Positions 49,119 through 60,614 of a stretch of DNA of 64,000 nucleotides are shown piece after piece. This DNA is from Candidatus Woesearchaeota archaeon (GTDB lineage: Archaea; Nanobdellota; Nanobdellia; Woesearchaeales; ARS49). The translations under genes were made by a program, and so were the position numbers. The notes beneath the pieces were generated by a model. It was not told the origin of the DNA. It saw only the letters and a list, made by a program, of their open reading frames with translations, and did not search any database. How positions within the stretch are numbered: position 1 is the first letter of the stretch; each line of letters starts with the position of its first letter. The stretch covers positions 227,151 through 291,150 of the forward strand of contig JAWADY010000001.1 of NCBI GenBank assembly GCA_038891615.1, given 5' to 3'.

Positions 49119-49967
49119 ATGGCGATAAAAGGCGAAAACCCAGCAAAAGAAGAAAAAAATGAAGTAAAGGCGCTTGTGAAGGACAAAGAAATAGTCACAC
49201 CTGGTGAAGTTCTGGCATCTGGTCTTGATTTTGTTCCAGGAGAAGGCTGCTACAGGGAAGGAGAGAAGATTATTTCGTCACTTCTCGGGATGGTATCGTT
49301 TGAGGACAGGGTAATAAGAGTGATAAAAATGTCTGGCAAGTACATACCGCGAGAAGGAGACAAAGTTATTGGGAAAATAATTGACATACTTCTAACTGGC
49401 TGGAGGGTTGACATAAACTCACCTTACGAAGCCATACTTTCTATTAAGGATGCAACAAGCGAATTTGTTGAGCGTGGGGCAGACATAACAAAATACTTTG
49501 GCTTAGGGGATTGGCTTGTATGCAAGGTAATAAGGGTTACGACGCAAAAGCTTGTTGACCTATCGTTAAGAGGTCCTGAGCTTAAAAAGCTACGGGGAGG
49601 AAGACTTATCACAGTAAATCCTTTTAAGATTCCGAGAATAATTGGAAAGGAAGGAAGCATGCTCGCTCTGCTAAAACAAGCAACCGAATGCAACATTGTT
49701 ACTGGACAGAATGGCATCATATGGATAGATGGTCAGCCGGAGAAGGAAATAATTGTTGTTAACGCAATAAGAATGATAGAGGAGCAGGCACACATGCCAG
49801 GCTTGACAGAAAGAGTAAAGACATTCCTTGAAAAGGCCGTTGGAAAGCCTATCGGCGAAATAAAAAAAGAGGTTCTTGGAGAAGAATATTCGCACGAATT
49901 CAGACCAAAACCAAGGACTTATTTCCAAAAGGCAAAGAGGAGGCTTGACTATCAAAAAGAGTATTGA
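49119..49967 (+). CDS. rrp4: Exosome subunit Rrp4
   Basis: VTPGE, YIPREGD, IPRIIGKEGSM, GQNGIIW. Confidence 0.93.
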   Translation: MAIKGENPAKEEKNEVKALVKDKEIVTPGEVLASGLDFVPGEGCYREGEKIISSLLGMVSFEDRVIRVIKMSGKYIPREGDKVIGKIIDILLTGWRVDINSPYEAILSIKDATSEFVERGADITKYFGLGDWLVCKVIRVTTQKLVDLSLRGPELKKLRGGRLITVNPFKIPRIIGKEGSMLALLKQATECNIVTGQNGIIWIDGQPEKEIIVVNAIRMIEEQAHMPGLTERVKTFLEKAVGKPIGEIKKEVLGEEYSHEFRPKPRTYFQKAKRRLDYQKEY

Positions 49968-49982
49968 CAGCAAGGTGCAAAA

Positions 49983-50696
49983 ATGGCTTACACAAAAAGG
50001 CTTGATGGCAGAGCTTTTGACGAGCTGAGACCAATGGAGGCAAAGGTTGGAATAGTTCCAAGAGCAGATGGAAGTGCGATGTTCTCTATCGGAAACACCG
50101 TTGCACTCGCTGCGGTCTATGGACCAAGGGAACTTCATCCAAAGTTTATGCAAAATCCACAAACAGGGCTGCTCAAGTGCTATTACAATATGCTACCTTT
50201 TGCAGGGCATGGCGAACGGGTAAAGCCTGGAACATCAAGAAGGTCAAGGGAAATCTCATTGGTGATGGAAAAAGCACTTCTGCCTGTCCTGGACTTGAAG
50301 GGCTACCCTAATGCCGTGGTTGATGTGTTTGTCGAGCTTCCTCAAACAGATGCAGGCACAAGGTGTGCGGGAATAACAGCGGCAGCCATGGCGCTTGCAG
50401 ATGCAGGCCTAAAAATGACAGAATTGGTTTCTGCAGTAGCTGTTGGAGTTATAGAAGGAACGGCCGTCGTTGACTTGACTTATGACGAAGAGGCGTATGA
50501 GGGTGAGGTTGCGGACATTCCAGTTGCAATGCTCTCAAATTCTGAGAAAATAACACTTTTGCAAATGGATGGTGAGGTTTCCTTGGAAAACCTAAAAAAG
50601 GCTTTGGCTCTTGCTAAGGTTGCGTGCAAAAAAATTAGTAACATCCAGCGTCAAGCGCTTAAGGCACGGTACGCCATTCCTGTAGACGCGGAGTGA
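49983..50696 (+). CDS. rrp41: Exosome subunit Rrp41
   Basis: RLDGR..DELRP, ADGSA, YGPRE, DAGTR, LLQMDG. Confidence 0.95.
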   Translation: MAYTKRLDGRAFDELRPMEAKVGIVPRADGSAMFSIGNTVALAAVYGPRELHPKFMQNPQTGLLKCYYNMLPFAGHGERVKPGTSRRSREISLVMEKALLPVLDLKGYPNAVVDVFVELPQTDAGTRCAGITAAAMALADAGLKMTELVSAVAVGVIEGTAVVDLTYDEEAYEGEVADIPVAMLSNSEKITLLQMDGEVSLENLKKALALAKVACKKISNIQRQALKARYAIPVDAE

Positions 50697-50702
50697 GCTA
50701 AA

Positions 50703-51482
50703 ATGGTTGAGCAGCAGAAAGAACACCTTATGAAATATCTCGAAAAGGGAGTTCACTTTGATGGCAGACACTTAACAGAGTACAGGGAAGTTGTCGTTGA
50801 AACAGATATCTCAAAATCTGCAGAAGGAAGTGCAAGGGTGAAGATAGGAGATACAGAGGTTCTCGCAGGAGTAAAGCTTGCTGTTGAGCAGCCTTATCCA
50901 GACACTCCAGACCAAGGTAATCTAATGGTAAACGCAGAACTACTACCACTATCAAATCCAGCTTTTGAGCCAGGTCCTCCAACAGAACAGGCAATTGAGC
51001 TTGCAAGGATTGTTGACCGGGGAATAAGAGAAAGTAAGGCGATTGACCAAAAAAAGCTCTGCATTGTAAAAGGCGAAAAGGTTTGGTCAATCATGATTGA
51101 CATCTGCACAATTAATGACGATGGAAATCTTCTTGACGCCTCTGCACTTGCAGCCCTTGCTGCACTAAAGAATACGAGATTCCCTGCATACGATGGTGAA
51201 AAGATTGATTATATGACAAAGACGACCGTCAAACTCCCTATTGTAAGGGAACCAATTGCAATAACCGTCGTCAAGATTGGCAATTTTTTACTCTTAGACC
51301 CATCCTTTGAAGAGGAAAAGCTCGCCAATTCAAGGCTCACAGTGACTGTCACAAAAGAAGGCAACATATGTGCGCTTCAAAAGGGCGGTGATGAGCCGCT
51401 TGAGCTTGACGAAATAGAGCGAATGGTCAAAATTGCGCTTGAAAAAGCTCCAGAACTTCGGGCAAAGCTTGAAAAAGCATGA
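50703..51482 (+). CDS. rrp42: Exosome subunit Rrp42
   Basis: AEGSA, PYPDTP, ARIVDRGIRES, DDGN, QKGG. Confidence 0.95.
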   Translation: MVEQQKEHLMKYLEKGVHFDGRHLTEYREVVVETDISKSAEGSARVKIGDTEVLAGVKLAVEQPYPDTPDQGNLMVNAELLPLSNPAFEPGPPTEQAIELARIVDRGIRESKAIDQKKLCIVKGEKVWSIMIDICTINDDGNLLDASALAALAALKNTRFPAYDGEKIDYMTKTTVKLPIVREPIAITVVKIGNFLLLDPSFEEEKLANSRLTVTVTKEGNICALQKGGDEPLELDEIERMVKIALEKAPELRAKLEKA

Positions 51483-51537
51483 AGTATTAAGCGCTGGTTT
51501 ACGGAAGATTAATTTTAAAAAGAAAAGGTAAGCAAAA

Positions 51538-51810
51538 ATGGATGGCGCAAGTGGTGGAAAGTTGGAGCAAAAGCCAAAATATACAAAGTATGAGATTGCA
51601 AGAATGATTGGTTCAAGGGCTCTGCAGATTGCGCAAGGCGCGCCATTTCTCATCAAGCTGAGCCAAGAGGAGCTGCAGAGGCTTAGGTATAATCCAATCG
51701 AAATCGCAAAGCTTGAATTCGAAGCAGGAGTTCTTCCAATAACCGTAAAAAGGCCCTTGCCTGGCAAGGCTGTTAAGCCGGGGAAGGCAGCAGAAGTTTC
51801 AGGCAAATGA
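51538..51810 (+). CDS. rpoK: RNA polymerase subunit Rpo6
   Basis: TKYEIARMIGSRALQIAQGAP, LPITVKR. Confidence 0.93.
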   Translation: MDGASGGKLEQKPKYTKYEIARMIGSRALQIAQGAPFLIKLSQEELQRLRYNPIEIAKLEFEAGVLPITVKRPLPGKAVKPGKAAEVSGK

Positions 51811-52148
51811 AGGACGAGCCATTTGAACCAAAGAGTAATACTTCTACAAAAAATGTGATTTCGAAAGAAAGGCTTGAAAAGGAGTTTAACATCACAGGAA
51901 AAGCTCTTTCGCTTGCAAAATCAAAAGCCATCCCTCAGACCAATGAAAGGCTAAAATCAGCTGCAACAGCATTTCTTGATTTTGCAGAACGTTATTATAA
52001 TGATGCATTGTACTTTAAGAAGACTGGAGACTATGCCTCTGCTTTTGGCTGCTTAAACTATGCCCATGGATGGCTTGATGCTGGCGCAATGCTTGGATTT
52101 TGGAATGTGAAAGGCTCAGAGCTCTTTGTGGTAAAGGATTATGGTTAA
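51807..52148 (+). CDS. DUF357 family protein
   Basis: YYNDA.YF, NYAHGWLDAG. Confidence 0.85.
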   Translation: MKDEPFEPKSNTSTKNVISKERLEKEFNITGKALSLAKSKAIPQTNERLKSAATAFLDFAERYYNDALYFKKTGDYASAFGCLNYAHGWLDAGAMLGFWNVKGSELFVVKDYG

Positions 52149-52190
52149 TGTTACTCATAAGTTACGAAAATAGGAAGATTTATAAATAGG

Positions 52191-52817
52191 GTGTTGCTTA
52201 ACAAAAAAATGAAAGTAATCAAGCAGGAATATTTTGTTGATTCGAAGGAACTTATGAGAATCCTGAACAGTGAGGATTTCAAAAGCCATCTTGAGCAGGT
52301 AATAAAGGCTGCTCAAGAGAATGATAGTGGACGTTTCAAAGTCATTAGAAAGGGCTTATATATCGAACATCCCAAAATAACGGTTGCCTATAATGACTTT
52401 TCACACCATTCTGGTTGGGAGGAAATCGACTTCCTAGCCAATGGCTCACTAACTATTCATAAAAGTGCCAATTTTGAATTTGGAATAATTGATGTTGGGA
52501 TTGGTTATCCTTTTCCAAAGCGGTTTTATGAAAGGCGTGGGAACTATTTTTCCAATCCTCTTTATTTAAGGATAAGCAAAGAGAATTTTCAAAAGATGAC
52601 AAAAAAAGAAGGACCATTTTTTTTGCAGTGCAAACAGATTAGCTTAAAGAGTCTCGAAAGAATCGCTAAAGAAAGTTATAAGGAAGTGGATGTGCTGACG
52701 CGACACCTTATGTTCGACCACAAAAATAAGAGCTATCTTATGGATATGCCCACTCTTGCGGAAGAGTTAGAAGGACTTGCTGTTTTGGTCATGAAAATTG
52801 AAGATGTGACAAAATGA
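52191..52817 (+). CDS. Hypothetical protein
   Basis: 208-aa ORF with no recognised motif. Confidence 0.6.
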   Translation: MLLNKKMKVIKQEYFVDSKELMRILNSEDFKSHLEQVIKAAQENDSGRFKVIRKGLYIEHPKITVAYNDFSHHSGWEEIDFLANGSLTIHKSANFEFGIIDVGIGYPFPKRFYERRGNYFSNPLYLRISKENFQKMTKKEGPFFLQCKQISLKSLERIAKESYKEVDVLTRHLMFDHKNKSYLMDMPTLAEELEGLAVLVMKIEDVTK

Positions 52818-53071
52818 CAAGAATAAATCCAATCTACCATTCCGGAAGTTCGTATAATTTGCCAAGGAACAGCTATAAGCCAAACTTTGGAAATTCAAAA
52901 AGCCCTGAGACTGCCCAAACTGATGAGTTCCTACAACTTCTTTTTAGTGCGATGAGCGCAGAGGAGCTTAAAGTCATTTTGTCAAAAATTGGACCAGAAG
53001 AGGGCTCCAAGCTCGTTGCCTATTTGAAGGCAAAAGGAATAAAGGTTAAAGAGGGCGACAGCTTTATATAA
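52814..53071 (+). CDS. Hypothetical protein
   Basis: ATGA overlap with the upstream gene. Confidence 0.5.
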   Translation: MTRINPIYHSGSSYNLPRNSYKPNFGNSKSPETAQTDEFLQLLFSAMSAEELKVILSKIGPEEGSKLVAYLKAKGIKVKEGDSFI

Positions 53072-53097
53072 ACCATCCATCTGTCCTTTGAAAGAGG

Positions 53098-53649
53098 ATG
53101 GAGCAGGTAATAAAAGAGGACATTCTTTCTGTTCTTGAAAGAGCAATTGACATTCTTCGCACAAAAGAGGTTCCTGATTACATTGCAATGTCAGAGCTTT
53201 CAAATCATACTATTCACGATGCAAGCATCTATCAAGACGAGGATTCCATCTCTATTGCAGTTATGATATATGCCCTTGCCAAGATTGTTCAGAGATGCTG
53301 TGAACGCGGGTTTGGCTATCCTCCGTTTGTTCCTTTGCTTGAAAATGCAAAAAGGGCTCTTGGTGCTGATGACATTGAAGGTTTTAGAAACGCAATCAAA
53401 GCCATCATGAGCATAATCGCAACTGTTGACAAACGGGCAAAGCTTTTTGTTCAAGAAGTTCTTGACAAAGCAAGGATAAAAAAGGGTTCTGCGCTTGCAG
53501 AGCATGGCCTTTCAATTGCAAAAACTGCAGAGATTCTTGGGATAAGCCAATGGGAGCTAATGAGTTACATTGGTAGAAAGTTTATTGATATTCCAGAAGG
53601 TATTGGCGTGCGTGAGCGTTACAGGTTTGCTCTTTCACTTTTTATCTAA
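53098..53649 (+). CDS. Helical protein with C-terminal UPF0175-like HTH
   Basis: GLSIAKTAEILGISQWELMSY. Confidence 0.7.
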   Translation: MEQVIKEDILSVLERAIDILRTKEVPDYIAMSELSNHTIHDASIYQDEDSISIAVMIYALAKIVQRCCERGFGYPPFVPLLENAKRALGADDIEGFRNAIKAIMSIIATVDKRAKLFVQEVLDKARIKKGSALAEHGLSIAKTAEILGISQWELMSYIGRKFIDIPEGIGVRERYRFALSLFI

Positions 53650-53668
53650 ATCTTTTTAGGACGAGAAA

Positions 53669-54391
53669 ATGGCTGAGAAAACCAACGAAAAAGCCCTTGT
53701 TTTTGATGCAGGACCAATCATCTCACTGACAACGAACAATCTTCTTTGGATTCTCGCTGAGCTAAAGGAAAGATTTAAAGGGCGTTTTTATATCGTTGAA
53801 AGCGTTCGGAGAGAGCTAATAGACAAGCCAATAACAACAAAAAAGTTTAAATTTGAGGCATTGCAGGTTGAACAGCTCATCGAATCAGATGTTCTCACAG
53901 TGGCTTCAGAGCAGAAGGCAAAAGAAGATGCGATTAGGTTTATGACTTTGGCAAACAGCAGCCTCGTTGTGAATCAAACCCCGTTAAAGCTTGTCCAACT
54001 TGCAGAGATGGAGAGCATTGCGTTTGGGCTGCGCTGCAGTGCTCAAGCAATTGTGATTGACGAAAAAACAACACGCCTTCTTGTGGAAAATCCAGAAGGC
54101 TTGGCAAGACTTCTTAGCAAAAGGCTTCATGTGAATGTAAAGATAGACAAAGAGGCTTTGAGCGAGCTTCATGCCGTACTTGATGGAATAAGGTTTATTC
54201 GTTCTGTTGAGCTTGCGGCTGCTGCTTATGCACTCGGGATTCTGGACAGGTTTGTTGTCAAGGTTCCTGATGCGCGTACAGAGCTTGTTGACAGCGTGCT
54301 ATGGGGGTTGAAACTGAATGGCTGTGCTATTAGTGAGCATGAGCTTTCAGACCTAACAAGGCTTGCACTTGAGCAAAAACAAAATTTATAA
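53669..54391 (+). CDS. PIN-domain protein (DUF3368-like)
   Basis: VFDAGPII, VRREL, AEMESI, VIDE. Confidence 0.75.
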   Translation: MAEKTNEKALVFDAGPIISLTTNNLLWILAELKERFKGRFYIVESVRRELIDKPITTKKFKFEALQVEQLIESDVLTVASEQKAKEDAIRFMTLANSSLVVNQTPLKLVQLAEMESIAFGLRCSAQAIVIDEKTTRLLVENPEGLARLLSKRLHVNVKIDKEALSELHAVLDGIRFIRSVELAAAAYALGILDRFVVKVPDARTELVDSVLWGLKLNGCAISEHELSDLTRLALEQKQNL

Positions 54392-54454
54392 ATAGAAAAC
54401 AATTCCTGCTTTTTTCTAAAAAAGGAGAAGAATGCCCTGAACTTAAAAAAGAAA

Positions 54455-55126
54455 GTGATACCAAACAAACTCTTCTTTACAAAAGGTGTTGGTAGGCACA
54501 AAGAATACCTTAACTCATTTGAACTTGCTTTAAGGGATGCCGGCATAGCTCATTGCAATCTCGTATATGTTTCTAGCATTTTTCCACCAGGCTGCAAGAT
54601 AATTCCAAAAAGTCAGGGTTTGCAGTTTCTCAAGCCAGGTCAGATTGTTTATGTCGTGATGAGTAAGAATTCCACAAATGAGCCAAACAGATTGATTGCC
54701 TCGAGCATTGGCTGTGCGATACCAGCAAATGGTGAACAGTATGGCTATCTAAGCGAGCATCATTCATTTGGAGAGACTGACGAGAAGGCTGGAGAATATG
54801 CGGAAGGTCTTGCGGTTGAGATGCTCGCATCAACCCTTGGGCTTGAGATAGACCCAAACAAAAGCTGGGATGAGCACAAAAAAGAATGGAAGCTTCAGGA
54901 CAAAATTGTAAAGACAACAAACATAACCCAATCAGCAGAGGGAGATAAGAACGGCCTTTGGACAACAGTCATTGCAGCTGCTGTGTTAATTGTTGATGAA
55001 CAAGAAGCTCAACAAAGCTTGCGACCTCCAAAAACCAACTCAAACGGGCAGCCAAGTCGTCAGCGCCAGAATGGCCCTGACCAAAACGTTCAGTCACAGT
55101 ATTCTATCACAGGCTCAAAGCAGTAA
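54455..55126 (+). CDS. pdaD: Pyruvoyl-dependent arginine decarboxylase
   Basis: [22 protein letters not shown] self-cleavage site, YGYLSEH. Confidence 0.92.
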   Translation: MIPNKLFFTKGVGRHKEYLNSFELALRDAGIAHCNLVYVSSIFPPGCKIIPKSQGLQFLKPGQIVYVVMSKNSTNEPNRLIASSIGCAIPANGEQYGYLSEHHSFGETDEKAGEYAEGLAVEMLASTLGLEIDPNKSWDEHKKEWKLQDKIVKTTNITQSAEGDKNGLWTTVIAAAVLIVDEQEAQQSLRPPKTNSNGQPSRQRQNGPDQNVQSQYSITGSKQ

Positions 55127-55157
55127 AATTACAAAAATAAAATTAAAAAATGTGTAA

Positions 55158-56912
55158 CTATTTCTGCCTAACCCGCTTTTGATACATTTGCAGTATTTCA
55201 ACCGAAGTCGTTGCTTGTTCAGGCTTTTTGTCATTGCGATAGCGCACAAATCTAGGAAAACGAAGGGCAAGGCCCTGGCCATGCTCCATGGCTGTTGTGT
55301 GCGTTGGACTTCGAGTTATTTCAGCTCCAATCACTTCAACAACAACCCTTGGTTCGAACCAGACATCCGGAACCATTAGCTTAGAAACCTCAACCCTTGC
55401 TGGTTTGTTTTGTACAACATATTTTTTGAACAACTTTGGCATTTCTTCCAAGTCCGCGTCTGTAAATCCAGAACCAAGCTTGCAAAAGCTTTCAAAACGG
55501 TCGAGCTTTTCGTTATAGGCTGCACAAAGAAGTGCTCCATAGCTTCCTGAACGCTTTCCCCTTCCATGGAATGCCCCAATAACGACAAGGTCGAATGTGT
55601 CAGCAAGTTCTTTTGCATATTCGGGCTTCCATTTTATCCAAAGCCATCCTCGCGTGCCGGCCTGATAAACAGCTTCTTGGGCTGTGGATTTTATCATAAC
55701 ACCCTCTCCGCCGTGCTCAAGAACCTTTTGGAAAAGATTTTCAATACAATCAATGTCATAGCAGAGCGACCTATTTGCAAACTGTATTGCCTTTGAAGGC
55801 TTTACTACAGATGTCAGCTCCTTATAGCGATTAGGATAACTTTCGTTTATTAGTGAGCGCCCGTTTAGATAAAGAATGTCAAATAAGAAAAGTGTTACAG
55901 GAATCTTTTTGACATATTTTTCAATCTCATACTTTCGCCTCCTTTGCATTAACACCTGAAATGGGAGAAGGTTTCCTTTGTCATCAATAGGGCATGCCTC
56001 TCCTTCTATGACACAGCTCTTTGCCGATACTGTTCTCAAAATAGCCTCAACGATATCTGGAAACTGTGAAGTTATGTTCTCGAGACGCCTGCTATAAAGA
56101 GTTACCTTTGAGCCGTCCTTGTGAACCTGGATTCGCTCGCCATCATATTTCTCCTCAACGGCAACTGGCCATGGCATGTGTTTTTGTACTTCTTCAAGCG
56201 TCTTTATTCTTTGGCTCAACATCATTTGAATTGGCCTGCCAACAACAACCCCTATTTTTTTAATACCTGCAAGACCCTTTGTTGCAATCGTCTTGGCGAT
56301 TATTCCTACATCAGGGCATATGTTATAAGCATGCTCTAACAACGCCTTGTTTGCCTTTGTCCCAGTAAAGGCAATGGCAAGGCTGTCAAGAACAGTCATG
56401 TCTCCAACCCCTAACCTAAGGGTGCCGAGAACAATTCTTACAATATATTTTGCTTCCTTTGGCGACGCATTGCGAAGCAAGCCAAGAAGAATGTTCATCT
56501 TTGCTTCTTGGCTACCTGTGCCAGTGGCTGCCGCTATCTTATGCAAGCCTTCAAAAACAGAGCGGATTGTAAGCGCTTTTTTGGCAACAAGCGGTGTCTG
56601 ACCAGCGCCAGAAAGCTCCTCTGCAACAAGCCCAATGTCCCCCTTTTTTTTGTAAAGCTCATGAACCTTTTTCTCAGATTCTCCAGCTGAAAGTGCTATG
56701 GTCTTTAGCACCATCTTTTCAGCCATTCCAAGCACAATCTCTTCATAGTCAGAAGCAATCTTGCCAAGGGTTAGATACGCAACCATATCGATTTCGTCGC
56801 GTGGAACCTTTTTGAACAGCTCTGCAAGAATGGCACGCATGGCATTGCCTGATGTAATCTTTTCTAGAGCCTCGTAGACATCAACGAGTTTTGAAAACAA
56901 AAAAGAGTTCAT
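55158..56912 (-). CDS. lig: ATP-dependent DNA ligase
   Basis: EEKYDGER, SRRLE, EGVMIK, WIKWK, LRFPRF. Confidence 0.96.
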   Translation of the reverse strand: MNSFLFSKLVDVYEALEKITSGNAMRAILAELFKKVPRDEIDMVAYLTLGKIASDYEEIVLGMAEKMVLKTIALSAGESEKKVHELYKKKGDIGLVAEELSGAGQTPLVAKKALTIRSVFEGLHKIAAATGTGSQEAKMNILLGLLRNASPKEAKYIVRIVLGTLRLGVGDMTVLDSLAIAFTGTKANKALLEHAYNICPDVGIIAKTIATKGLAGIKKIGVVVGRPIQMMLSQRIKTLEEVQKHMPWPVAVEEKYDGERIQVHKDGSKVTLYSRRLENITSQFPDIVEAILRTVSAKSCVIEGEACPIDDKGNLLPFQVLMQRRRKYEIEKYVKKIPVTLFLFDILYLNGRSLINESYPNRYKELTSVVKPSKAIQFANRSLCYDIDCIENLFQKVLEHGGEGVMIKSTAQEAVYQAGTRGWLWIKWKPEYAKELADTFDLVVIGAFHGRGKRSGSYGALLCAAYNEKLDRFESFCKLGSGFTDADLEEMPKLFKKYVVQNKPARVEVSKLMVPDVWFEPRVVVEVIGAEITRSPTHTTAMEHGQGLALRFPRFVRYRNDKKPEQATTSVEILQMYQKRVRQK

Positions 56913-56917
56913 GGCTT

Positions 56918-57487
56918 TTAGACCTCATAAAGCCTTCCACGACCTGCCTTTCTCACAGACCAGCTTTCTTTTGGTGGCGTTTTTAATCTCAGCTTTTTTC
57001 CAACCATGCCTTCTGTTTCCAAAGCCCTTGCAAGCCTAGCTATTATTATGCTCATTCTTTCAATTTGTCTTTCAAGCTCTGAGAGCTCATCTGTTTTTTT
57101 TGCGAGTCTCTCTTCCACACTGTGCCTTTTTGTCTTTATCGCATGAAGAGCATCCCGCAATGACTTAACAGCAAGCCTGAGGCTTGACACCCGTTCTGAG
57201 AGGCTTTCTGTTTTTTGTGCTATTGCGTCAACAAGCCTTCCAGCAATGGCTTTCCTTAGACTTTCGAGCTCTTCACAACAACTTCTGCAGCTAGCTGCAA
57301 ACCTGTTCTCAAGCGCTCCGAGCAGTCGCTCTTCTGCTGCCTGGACATCACGATTTATCCTGACAACCTCGTGCATCTCTGCAGAAAGCCCTCTCACAGC
57401 CTCCTCAACTCTTTGCATCAAACCAAAGGCCTCATCAGCTGCTTCTGTAGAAGCTCCCCTGCTTGGTTTTGTTACAGGTCGTACCAT
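56918..57487 (-). CDS. Hypothetical coiled-coil protein
   Basis: 189-aa heptad-rich ORF. Confidence 0.6.
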   Translation of the reverse strand: MVRPVTKPSRGASTEAADEAFGLMQRVEEAVRGLSAEMHEVVRINRDVQAAEERLLGALENRFAASCRSCCEELESLRKAIAGRLVDAIAQKTESLSERVSSLRLAVKSLRDALHAIKTKRHSVEERLAKKTDELSELERQIERMSIIIARLARALETEGMVGKKLRLKTPPKESWSVRKAGRGRLYEV

Positions 57488-57490
57488 TTT

Positions 57491-58450
57491 TTAATAAGCC
57501 CTTCCATAAGCTACAAGCTTTCGTTCGTGATGAAAATCATCAAGTACCTTTGGCAATACCTTTTTTATTTTTATTTCTGTATGGTTTCTTTGCATCTCCA
57601 AATCTGCTGAGATAATCGCCCCACGAACATAACTATCCCTTGTTAGCAGGTGCGTTATGTAATATTTTCCATTGAAAGGCGCTCTTGAGACCAGTCTGTA
57701 ATCGTGGCCATCGCGGACTGGCCAGATGGTTTGCCCTGCTAACCCTGGCCTTTTTATGTCAAGCTCAAGGTCTATTATTAGCTCGGTAGAATGCTTTTTT
57801 TTAGAATTATACCAAGAGTAAAACTTTGGAAGATTGCTCCTAACAGCCCTTTCATAACTCTTGTCAAGTGCAGCTGTCTTAGAGCAGCGTACAGAACAAG
57901 GGGTATGGGCAACATATCCAAAAGCTTTGTTCATATCGTGCAGCTTTTTGAAATAGTCAAAGTAGGTATAGTTCTTTGCAAGAAATTCAGCATCTTCTTT
58001 TATAAAATTCTTTACGCAACATGATGGATAGCCATAAATTTTACCAGCAATCAAATCTCCCTTCTTGCTCATTCCTCTACGAATAAAAGAAACATATTTT
58101 TTGAACATCTTCTGTTCACGGATTGTATTGAAAAGGTCATAACCAATCCAAACCCCTGCCAATGCCCATTTCACGACATTACCTGAAACAGAACGAATTT
58201 CTTCATAACCTTTTGGCCTGCTTTTTGAGTAAACAATCCCTTGCTCATCGAGAAGGCTCTCGAAAGTGTATTTATCACTAAGGTTTTTTGTTCCCACCTT
58301 AAGAATGATGTATGTTGCTGGTTTTATGCCTGCAAAAAATGCAGCAAGCTTTATTTTGCAATTATCATCAAAGCCCTCACACCGCTCAATGAAGGACCAG
58401 AGCTTCCATTCAGCATCTGGTTTTTTTAATGGACTTTTTAGCTCAGACAT
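57491..58450 (-). CDS. DUF483-like Cys-containing protein
   Basis: GIKP, YGYPSCC..F, HTPCSVRC. Confidence 0.6.
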   Translation of the reverse strand: MSELKSPLKKPDAEWKLWSFIERCEGFDDNCKIKLAAFFAGIKPATYIILKVGTKNLSDKYTFESLLDEQGIVYSKSRPKGYEEIRSVSGNVVKWALAGVWIGYDLFNTIREQKMFKKYVSFIRRGMSKKGDLIAGKIYGYPSCCVKNFIKEDAEFLAKNYTYFDYFKKLHDMNKAFGYVAHTPCSVRCSKTAALDKSYERAVRSNLPKFYSWYNSKKKHSTELIIDLELDIKRPGLAGQTIWPVRDGHDYRLVSRAPFNGKYYITHLLTRDSYVRGAIISADLEMQRNHTEIKIKKVLPKVLDDFHHERKLVAYGRAY

Positions 58451-58451
58451 T

Positions 58452-59477
58452 TTATGCCTTGACAACGTTTGTTGGCTTGCCTGCAAAAAAGCCCTTTATG
58501 TTTTGAAGAGTTGTATTTAATATTCTCTGCAATGCCTCAGTTGTGTTGAATGCATTGTGTGGAGTTATGATGACATTGTCCTGTGCAAGCAGGACATGTT
58601 CTTGGTATGCTGTTTTTAAGTCACAAACCTTGCTCGAAAAAACACCTGAAAGTAGTTCTTTTTCTTCTTTTATGAGGCACTCCTCTTCGAGCACATCTAG
58701 CCCAACCCCAGAAAGAATTCCTTTCTTAAGTCCTTCAAGAATTGCCTCAGTAGCAACAAGCCCGCCACGAGCAGTGTTTATGAGAATTGCGCCTTTCTTT
58801 AGTTTTCCAATGTTTGCCTTGTTTATCATGTGATGTGTTTTTGGAGTATAAACCGCGTGAAGGGTCAGGATGTCTGCTTCTTTCATTACATCCTCAAGTG
58901 ACCTTTTGTACTCAAAGCCCATCTGTTTTGCATACTCAATATCAGGATAAGGATCATAGGCAATCACTCTCATGCCAAAGCCCTTTGCTATCCGCACAAC
59001 AGCCTTACCTATCCTTCCAGTACCAATAATTCCAATCGTCTTGCCGTAAATTTCTATTCCTCTCAGACCATCTAAACTGAAATTCCCCCTTCTTGTGCGC
59101 TCAACAGAATCGATAATCTTTCTTGTGAGTGCAAGGATAAGCGCGAAGGTATGCTCTGCAACAGCTGTTTCGCCATATCCAGGAACATTGCAAACTGTTA
59201 TTCCGCGCCTTGCACATTCCTTTAGGTCTATATGGTCATAGCCTGTTGAGAGCGTTGCTATAAGCTTCAGTTTCGGCATTAACTTCAGGATTGGCTTGTT
59301 AATTTTATCATAGACAAAAATCCCAAGTGCATCAGAGTCAGCTGCGGCTTTAGCACTGTCTTTGTCTATTGGCTTGTCAAAGAACCTTAGGCGATAACCC
59401 TTAAGCACTTCCGTAAAAAAGTCTTTTTCCCATGGCTCGAGCTCAAAAAAAGTTATGCTTGGCTTCTTTGCAACCAT
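58452..59477 (-). CDS. D-2-hydroxyacid (D-lactate-type) dehydrogenase
   Basis: STGYDHID, GTGRIG, INTARG, LDVLEEE, TPHNAF. Confidence 0.92.
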   Translation of the reverse strand: MVAKKPSITFFELEPWEKDFFTEVLKGYRLRFFDKPIDKDSAKAAADSDALGIFVYDKINKPILKLMPKLKLIATLSTGYDHIDLKECARRGITVCNVPGYGETAVAEHTFALILALTRKIIDSVERTRRGNFSLDGLRGIEIYGKTIGIIGTGRIGKAVVRIAKGFGMRVIAYDPYPDIEYAKQMGFEYKRSLEDVMKEADILTLHAVYTPKTHHMINKANIGKLKKGAILINTARGGLVATEAILEGLKKGILSGVGLDVLEEECLIKEEKELLSGVFSSKVCDLKTAYQEHVLLAQDNVIITPHNAFNTTEALQRILNTTLQNIKGFFAGKPTNVVKA

Positions 59478-59600
59478 TTTGCCTCTTTTTTGTTTTTGCA
59501 GTTTTAAAGCTATATAAAACTTTCTCGCAGTACAGGTATCTCGGCTGGCGAAAGGTATATAAACAAATCCAGTCACCCAAAAATAAAAGAGGTGTTTTAA

Positions 59601-60587
<987 letters not shown>

Positions 60588-60614
60588 CCTCATCATAAAA
60601 TAAAAAGTCAAAGC

